A stretch of DNA of 60,000 bases from Amphiscolops sp. MND2022. Its lineage: Eukaryota. Below, in pieces: positions 52,001 through 60,000 of this stretch. Under the pieces are notes generated by a model. It worked only from the letters and a program-made list of their open reading frames with translations. It was not told the DNA's origin and searched no databases. Position 1 is the stretch's first letter. Every line of letters begins with the position of its first letter. Position numbers and translations under genes: made by a program. The stretch lies in NCBI GenBank assembly GCA_964187785.1, contig OZ076409.1:80974001-81034000 (forward strand), given 5' to 3'.

Positions 52001-52940
52001 TCCACCCCTACAGCAGCTCGGCCATGCTGAGTCCGGGTATGCCCGGAAGTCTCTGCGGGAAACACTGAGGGGGGCAGGGGTACCAACAGCATCCTCACAG
52101 ATGAAAACATCACTGTCCTCAGAAGAATGAACCCTCGGCACAGTCCCAGGCTCAACGACTACAATAAAAGCAACATATGAAACACACGGAACTCAGAAAA
52201 TTGTCCCTAAAAATGCAATACTCTGATACATGTATTCATATGACACAAGAAAGAAGACAGAATACCTACTTTCAAGAGTACGTGAAGCAGAAATCATGGG
52301 GGGCACATAGTCATCACCAGAGCTGTCATACAGAGGCGGTGGCCTGGAGACTGACCTAGAAACAATGTCTGCCAATCGAACCCGTTTTGCTGAGTGCACA
52401 CTCCCAGTTGACAACACACGACTCGTCCGCTGCTTTTTCTTACTTCGGGATTTAGTACGACGACCAGGGACATAGTCACCATCGGCTTCATCATCAGTAA
52501 CTACAGAAAGTAGATGAAAAAAGAACGCGTTCACTAACGATGCCTAGAAAGGGCCGGCCACCCATCAATTTCTAGAAAAGCTTACCTTTCTTCTTTGCTA
52601 AGTAGTCAATGTCATGGCGATCATCGCTCGTAGCAGAATGGAAGGAACCGGTCGCCACGCAACTGCCAATCTCTTCATCATCGTCGCCACCAGGAACATC
52701 TTTCTCACCAAAACCTGGCACAGGTAATCCACCAGCTTCTTCCTCACCTGTTTCTTCAACTTCGTCCCCATAGCCTGCATCACCCGCCTCATCATTTTCA
52801 TCCTTGTCACCACCATCCTCCACTCTCTCCTCTCCACGAACCACTGACTCGACGACTGACTCCGCCTCAGCCTCACTCTCTTTCAGTCCAACCTCCTGAC
52901 TCTGATACAGTAAGACATTATCTTCCTCTGTGGAACTCAT
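49091..52940 (-). CDS. Predicted spliced antisense gene inside element C (~1,120 aa): acidic/basic N-terminus, CxxC..H..H zinc finger, hAT-transposase-like body lacking the catalytic Asp
   Basis: Exons 52940-52586, 52500-52270, 52158-51969, (51912-51895), 51842-51714, 51558-49091 bounded by GT..AG, all phase 1; one apparent extra nucleotide in exon 3; last exon is the 839-aa ORF. Confidence 0.7.
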
Positions 52941-53165
52941 ACTTCGCAGAATTTTCTGAAAAAATACCCGAATACAACAAAACAATGAAGATGTGGCGTA
53001 AAACAATGGAATTATTAATACTAGAAGTTATCTACTATATAAGGAGAGTTGTTCAGTCTGCCAGCTGAACAATTCACGGAGTTGACACAAACCGTGTGAA
53101 CAAATTTTCCAAGCGAAGCAAATCAGTTGTACTGAAAACTGATTGACACTCAGCTTGCTATTATA
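52941..53165. promoter_or_regulatory. Candidate internal bidirectional promoter
   Basis: 225 bp between divergent ATGs; TATATAA at 53036-53042; inverted repeat TTGTTCAG/CTGAACAA at 53049-53072. Confidence 0.4.
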
Positions 53166-53765
53166 ATGAATCATTCCATTTCAAATAACCAAGCAGACGA
53201 AGACGTTTTTATTCTTGAACGAGATCAACAGCCAACACCGACTGAACAAAGGCCCAGTACTCCACCGCCTAATTATCGTATCATCAACCCGACGCAGCCT
53301 GCTATTGTTTACGAAATAGTCAAGACGGAAGACATACACGTAGTCCTTGTTCACGAACAACCAATTGCGAACGCAATTAACGTCGAAAATGAACACGGAA
53401 TAATACGGAGGTTCACCACAGAAAACCCGGTTATCCCAGATGACGAATTCATGAGCCCCATCAGACGATTCAATCACGAGGACCAAAATAGCCCTGATTA
53501 TTTCGTCGACAGCCCTATGAGCTCAATAAGCGAGGCCGACAGCAGCTCAGAAGGCTACTGGTCAGGCAGCAGTTGGGAAAGCAGCTCTTCATGGCGATCA
53601 TACGATTCAATGAGAGATGACCTCACCACTTTGTTTGATACACCGATACGATCCATTTCCCAATTTCTCCTTCCTGAGGGAACTGGGCAACGAAGCCGAG
53701 GACTGTCACAGCCCCACTTGAGCTGTGAGTATTGCAGCAGAATCAACCCAGTCTTCGAAGAATAA
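53166..53765 (+). CDS. Sense accessory ORF of element C running into U3 (199 aa here; ~227 aa if the 5' LTR allele is ancestral)
   Basis: Crosses the LTR start at 53704 (GLSQPHLSCEYC); TAA at 53763 is TTA in the 5' LTR. Confidence 0.7.
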   Translation: MNHSISNNQADEDVFILERDQQPTPTEQRPSTPPPNYRIINPTQPAIVYEIVKTEDIHVVLVHEQPIANAINVENEHGIIRRFTTENPVIPDDEFMSPIRRFNHEDQNSPDYFVDSPMSSISEADSSSEGYWSGSSWESSSSWRSYDSMRDDLTTLFDTPIRSISQFLLPEGTGQRSRGLSQPHLSCEYCSRINPVFEE

Positions 53766-55909
53766 ATTAGGAAATGGAAAATGAGAAATGAAAACAGAAA
53801 ACCAGAAAACAATCAGTTCAATCCATACAACCTGAAACAATGGCGCTAAATAATATAATAATTAGAAGAAATTATATATTAATATTTATGTAGTTATATA
53901 TACTTACATACAGTATACTAACCGGGATAAAGCTACTTGTGCAGTTAATAGTATTAATACGGTGCTATATAATTAATAGTAATACAATCACACCGCTCAG
54001 TAAGCGGCCTGAATGAATAATGGCGGAACTGCGGCCTGGCAGCCGGCCTGAGATTTGCGCAGTGAAGCGGTGGCCTGGCGAGTGGCCTGAGAATGAAAGT
54101 GCTACGAATCAATCTCTAACACCAATTATGCTATTTTGTGAGTACATGTAAACCTGTTGATGCGTTAAACGAGTATTAGAATAACGTTATACATGTAATT
54201 GTCCATATAAACAAGTATTGGAGCTAACTTTGAAATACCGATATACTGCGGCCCAGGACATGGCCTGAAATGTAAATCTATAAAATCCATTGTAGAAATG
54301 GAAATTGTTAATGTTAATAGTGATTTTTTCTGCTCCTAATGAGCCTACCAATCAATGCCTGCAATCTCAAATGATGACTGGAGACAAAGAATGAAGTATG
54401 ATGCTATTTTTACAGATAAACCATGTTCAAGTGCTATACGAAGTAGACCGCGGCCTGAGACACGGCCTGAAATCTATTCTGACCAAATCCATCCTGGAAT
54501 TGGAAATATCGACCCTCCCTAACCATTTCTCCGCTCTCACGAGAGAGCAGTGACGCAACGCATACAACAGTAAGCGGTATTGATTGATTGCATGCAATGT
54601 ATGATGATTTTAACCATGTAAATGCAGTATTTAATTTGAGAATGCCAAGCCTCGGCCCAGACCTTGGCCTGGGATTGAATGTTCGATTTAGCTTGTTTTA
54701 ATCTCCATAAATGATTTGTGTTGCCTTGTTTAGAGTCAATTTCCACTCAACTAGATTGGGAAGAGACTCGAACCGTATTTTCGAGTTGATGCTAATCACT
54801 GAATTGTTTGTTGTTGATATAATTAATCATTATTTTTCGGGAAAACATTTCATTTTTGCCTCAACCGTTCCAGACTTTAGCCTGGGACCGAGCTTTCCCA
54901 TTTATACTCGAATTTGTGATTTTAAGCTCTCTTAAGTGAACTTTATGAGCTAATTTGCATTTCTTATTAAATAATCATCTCGCCGTGCAATATTTGAACC
55001 AAATTAATTTGGGAAATTCTCATTTTCCCAATTTCCAATTTGTTGCTTTGTTCGATCATTTCGCTCTTTGGGCGTGCGCAGTGACTAATTTTTCACGCTT
55101 TGTTCAGTTTCGGCGTCTGGAAAAGGCGGGGATTGGAGGCGAAGGGAAGCGGAGTCGCAACTCAGACAGGTAGTGGACGCTTGCTTTCCTCGGAAAGCAT
55201 GAACAAACTGAGAGTCTGAGTTCGACAAAGCGGAACTGAACTTCCTGTTTCTCCGCCTTGGAAGGACGCCGGGCTGAATGAAGCGTGAAAGTGGTGCGGA
55301 TTTTTCCCCGCTTCACGTGGGTGAAAAGTATATATACTTTGGAAGATTGAATAATTCCAGTGAAAAAATAATCTTGATAATTTCAACAAGTTGATAACTT
55401 GACAATTTCGTTAGAATCTTGAAATTCAGTAATCATTCGCTGTAAAACAACTTTACTCTTCACTTTGAAAATACAATTGAAGATTAAAAATCTCAATCTT
55501 TTCCCTCAGATTCTCATTGGATAGCCTCAAGCTTATAAATCTTAAACCCAAAAAATGCCTGAAAGATCCTCTAAAAGAAAGGCCAGAAGAGATTCAGTGA
55601 CTAGTTCGCTAGGCGAGCCAGAAGAAACTAGTTTGAGAACTGAAAACGCTCCCAGTATTTCCGACCGAGACTTCTCTGAGTTATCTGAGAAAATTGAAAA
55701 GTCAGTGACCAGAAGGATAAGAGATGCCGAAGTTGGGCAGAGAGAGATTTTGAAAATGATCGAGAACTTATCCTCGAAAATAGATTCACTGTCCGGTCAA
55801 CCGCCCAATTGTGAAAACCTCGCCTTAGATTCCGACGAGACTGAAAATCAAGCCTCAACATCAAGGCCATCCATACTGAATGAGTTGCACCCATCACAGG
55901 GTCAACACA
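53704..55909 (+). repeat. 3' LTR of element C
   Basis: Direct repeat of 39565-41770; includes the truncated Gag N-terminus (55555-55909). Confidence 0.97.
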
Positions 55910-56355
55910 ATATGCAATGTACACAATAAATATTGTAACACAGCAGTGAAAATTGTACACTATTGAACTCAGTACCTATGCAATATAGTACTTTATATTT
56001 CCGTTTTCAGTTTTGCCTTTTACGGAAAGTGCCTTTTAATTTATCTGTTAACAGTCGCTTTTTCCTTGCTCGGTTGTGGCGATAGAAGACAATGACTTCG
56101 ATTGTCCCTGCCATCTTTTCTGCTGAAGTTGAAGAGAGTCAAACAATTATCTTAATTCAATCAGCTAGCTTTCAGCATTGTGAACGAATTTTTCAATGCC
56201 CCGCTTCCAGCCTATTCTTTTTTTAAGAGCTAACAACGCAGAGAACCTAGGGGGCTTTCATTGAACTATCGGGAGAATAATTTCTACGTACCACTTTCTT
56301 GTGACGCACAAAAATTCATTGAAAAATTAACCTTTTTACGAATACGTCATGACAT

Positions 56356-56536
56356 GAGTTTTGGTGCTTCTTACTTGAGTACCTACTTTTTTGGTGCTTC
56401 AACTCCAGACATTTTGCCCACTTTCATCCCAAAAAGCATCTACATTGTCATGGCAAGCGTTGCATAGAGTACCTATTTTTGGTGCTTCAACTTCAGATAT
56501 TTTGCGCATTTTTCTCCCAAAAAGCATCTACATTGG
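56356..56536. repeat. Tandem repeat, ~90-bp unit x2 plus partial
   Basis: GAGTACCTA.TTTTTGGTGCTTCAACT.CAGA.ATTTTG...CCCAAAAAGCATCTACATTG at 56377 and 56467. Confidence 0.75.
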
Positions 56537-57834
56537 AGTTCCAAGACTACTGATATTTTGTAGACAGGTCCAAAATTTGCATTTTTTCATTTGCCAATCC
56601 TTGCCTCGCTTTCAGGAAATACAACAGAAATCAGCGGAGATTTGAATTTGGAAATTTGAATATTACTCCATTCGCGGCGCAACAGTTATTCGAGAAGTTG
56701 TAGGTTTGAATCGCTGATGAAATGCGTGACATCTCAATTTATTTCACGCTTTGTTCAATTTGTTTTTGCGATTAGGAAATATGATAATTAAGCAATCGGC
56801 GCGGCGGCCGGCAGAACCCAGAATTTCCAATTACCACGTCTGCTAACAATAGCTTGAGGCAAGGGGATGAAATTGCGTCCAACTGAGGAATAAAAGCGCA
56901 TTCTACGGCAGCAAATTCAATTGCATCGCCCTATTTTTGTCAGGCAGCCATGTGAATTCACCACCAGCTAACAACCAACAGTTTGCTTCTCATCCAAATA
57001 TTTTTTGTTGCCATCTTATTTCACCTCCCTCACATTTTGCAATGGACGACCAACGACAATGCATCATGCACGTTAGTAAATATTTTCCATGTTTTTTTCT
57101 CGAAATTTGAATCTAAACATCAACTTGCTGAAAATCATGCTGGTTTTATTATACGTTCAAAGAAATGAAACTTTCAACTTTCAACTTGAACCCTACAAGA
57201 CCATACAGAGGAATGGGAAAATTTGGGACATGTTGGTTGGTTATTGTGCTGAGAGAAGTCCTGATTACCTAATTAGCTTTTTCACAAAAACAGGAAAAAC
57301 GAGAGGCGTATTGGAGCTGCAATGTTTTCCGTCAAGTGCTACAACAATTCTGTTTGAAGAAGAAAAAGTGATGGAATAATCTTCATTAGAAATACCTCAA
57401 CAGATCTGAAAAAAATTCATGCATGTAGAATTCCAAAATAGCAATTTAAAAAAAGTATTTCCACCTCCTTCTTCATGGCGAAAACCTAAGTGGAAAAAAA
57501 CGTCAAAAATTCGGAATTATCATGGTTCAACTTGAAATAAACTGAAATCGGCCCAAGTTGGCGCCCGCATAATACACAAGAAGAGTCAAGTCTTTTAAAT
57601 ATAATTGCAACAAATTTTGCGAAAACTGTAAACACTCACACAGTTTTGAAAAATAACCAAACATGTAACCCTTGGGACTCGGAAAACGCTTTTGCTTAAC
57701 TGATAACAATGAAATACTCAAATTTGTTAGAGAAAAGCTTCTCGGAAATTTCTTGCGAAGTGCTGCAAAACATAGGCTCGCAAAACGCTTTTTCCTTGCT
57801 AAAAACATTTAAAAATATGGGAGCCTTTTTGTAG

Positions 57835-58407
57835 AGTAAAAAATCGAGGAAATGGATGAGGCAAATAAATCTCAAAGAGACACTTTCGGTCCCGTTATTA
57901 TTTGCAACATTGAAAAAAATCAGTAAAGCAGTGGATTCGAACGCACGCACACCTGCTTCTAAGTGAGCAGGCACACGCGGTAACAACATGGCCGTGAGAA
58001 AAAATTTCCGTTCTTCTGCGTTTTTTGGTAGTTTCATGCAAACAATGTTGGAAACGTTTTTTACACAAGACAATCGCTGACAAGCGATAAAATTTCGGCA
58101 CCAAACTGTTGTACAAAGACATATTTATGAGGCTCAAGAGTAGCCAATGCACTTTGAAAATGCAAGGAAACTCAAAGAAAAGAAAGTTTTGATTTCTCTT
58201 AGCCCCTTTTTATTTTAATGAAAACACCTTTTTTATATAGCTAAGCACCTAAATGTTTTGTTGTTAAACTATGTGGATACAGGTAAGTAACATACCAAAT
58301 TTTTATACTTTTGCGCTTAATGTCACCATAAATGTCAAAAATTGGGAATTTTGATAATTTCGACAACTTTGGGGTCAATGTGAGGAAGGTTCCCAACAAG
58401 AAACTAC
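57835..58407. repeat. Direct repeat copy 1 (>=570 bp); copy 2 at 59428 to the window end
   Basis: AGTAAAAAATCGAGGAAATGGATGAGGC...GGTTCCCAACAA.AAACTAC repeated about 1.59 kb downstream with few differences. Confidence 0.9.
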
Positions 58408-59427
58408 ACATGTTTCTTCTAAAAAGCCTACTGGATACGCAGTTCTGTCGTTGTTGAAAGTTTACACCATTCTAATCTTCGAAATAGCTCGAAAATGTTT
58501 TTACAAAAAGGGAATCTAGTTGAAGGTTACCTAGTTGAAGGGAATCTTGAAAATGAAAAAAAGTCCACAATTGCGATTATGTTGTCGAAAACTGAGAAAA
58601 ATCGGATTTTTCGTCAGCTTTGTTGTGAAATTCGAGGAATTATTCCTCATTTTCTTTCTCAAATTGTGTTTTGAATACCCTATTGTTTCAACGTTCTGGT
58701 CAATAGAAGTTCTTTTCTATAATTTTTTCTTGGTTTTGTATTTTTAATATTCCTGCAGGTTACCGACAAGCTAGTATTCTTTAAATTTACTGTTCTTAAT
58801 TTTGTTTCTCTAAAAATTTTTCGGACCATGTCATCTATTTTCCCCCAAGCTGCGGCGGGGGGAAATAAGACACAAGGTGCAAATACCATTATGTCGACAT
58901 CGTTTGCGTTGAAACTTTGGTCCAATAAAATAATTGATGTCGATATAATCCCATTCATTACATTGGCTGTCAGTTAAAAGTTGCTCATTAGATTTTATAG
59001 CGGGCAAAATTTGCGCTGAAATAGGGGCCTCATTATACAATTTTAGTTTCTTCCAAACCTGAATTACTGCTATTTTGGACAATAATATCATAAAATTACA
59101 ATCCTCTGAGTATTTACATTCATATAATTTTCTCTTATCAGTGAAATTTTTTATATTTAAGAACAAAATGTGCTTTCGTGTTGGATTCCCAACAAGGTGT
59201 ACCTGGGGGGGGTAGGTCTGTAATAGATGACATTGTCCAAGTTTTTGCATTGTTCGTGGTTGCCTGGGTAGACCTGACATGAAGTTTTTACAAGAATTCC
59301 ATATTGGGACCCTATAAATGAATTTATGAATTTTTTGAGTATGTTACAATCATTATATGAATTTCATATTTTCGTATATGATCATTGTAAGACTTGAAAG
59401 CATTTCATTCATCCTGACAAAAAAACC

Positions 59428-60000
59428 AGTAAAAAATCGAGGAAATGGATGAGGCAAATAAATTTCAAAGAGACACTTTCGGTCCCGTTATTATTTGCAA
59501 CATTGAAAAAATTCAGTAAAGCTGTGGATTCGAGCACACGCACACCTGCTTCTCAGTGAGCAGGCACGCGCGGTAACAACATGGTCGTGAGAAAAATTTT
59601 CCGTTCTTCTGCGTTTTTTGGTAGTCTCATGCAAACAATGTTGGAAACGTTTTTTACACAAGACATTCGCTGACAAGCGATAAAATTTCGGCACCAAACT
59701 GTTGTACAAAGACTTATTTATGAGGCTCAAGAGTAGCCAATGCACTTTGAAAATGCAAGGAAACTCAAAGAAAAGAAAGTTTTGATTTCTCTTAGCCCAT
59801 TTTTATTTTAATGAAAACACCTTTTTTATATAGCTAAGCACCTAAATGTTTTGTTGTTAAACTATGTGGATACAGGTAAGTAATACACCAACTTTTTACA
59901 CTTTTGCGCCTAATGTCTCCAAAAATGTCAAAAATTGTTAATTTTGATAATTTCGACAACTTTGGGGTCAATGTGAGGAAGGTTCCCAACAAAAAACTAC
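59428..60000. repeat. Direct repeat copy 2 (truncated by the window edge)
   Basis: Matches 57835-58407. Confidence 0.9.

Larger units (their letters stand above)
39565..55909 (+). mobile_element. Element C: 16.3-kb near-complete Ty3/Gypsy LTR retrotransposon with accessory genes
   Basis: 2206-bp LTRs (TGTCACA...ACACA), TSD ATATG (39560-39564, 55910-55914), PBS, gag, pol in PR-RT-RH-IN order. Confidence 0.97.

Overview
AT-rich eukaryotic (intron-containing, repeat-rich) DNA dominated by four related Ty3/Gypsy-type LTR retrotransposons. Element A (1-2467, +) is present only as its 3' end. Element B (6255-16018, -, TSD GCATT) is young but has lost RT/RNase H/integrase. Element D (17239-22883, +, TSD AATAG) is old and decayed. 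Element C (39565-55909, +, 16.3 kb, TSD ATATG, 2206-bp LTRs) is near-complete. Shared architecture: Gag starts deep inside the LTR and reads through a TGGTGACAGGAG primer-binding site; an extra sense ORF reads through the PPT into U3; gag and pol are joined by an A-AAA-AAC slippery site (B and C). Element C also carries a predicted multi-exon ANTISENSE gene (~1,120 aa) with a zinc finger and motifs resembling a catalytically dead hAT transposase, set head-to-head with the U3-overlapping ORF. The elements carry family-specific, fixed-spacing paired DNA motifs: GGAC-N5-GTCC (24 perfect copies counted in A/B/D) and GGCC-N8-GGCC (12 pairs in C). Together these suggest an element-encoded, sequence-specific regulatory system; this is inference. 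The window also holds two exons of a probable host gene, a BEL/Pao relic in its intron, a perfect 540-bp palindrome, a 134-bp palindrome, a MITE-like element and several dispersed or tandem repeats. All alignments and motif counts were made by eye; no searches were run.
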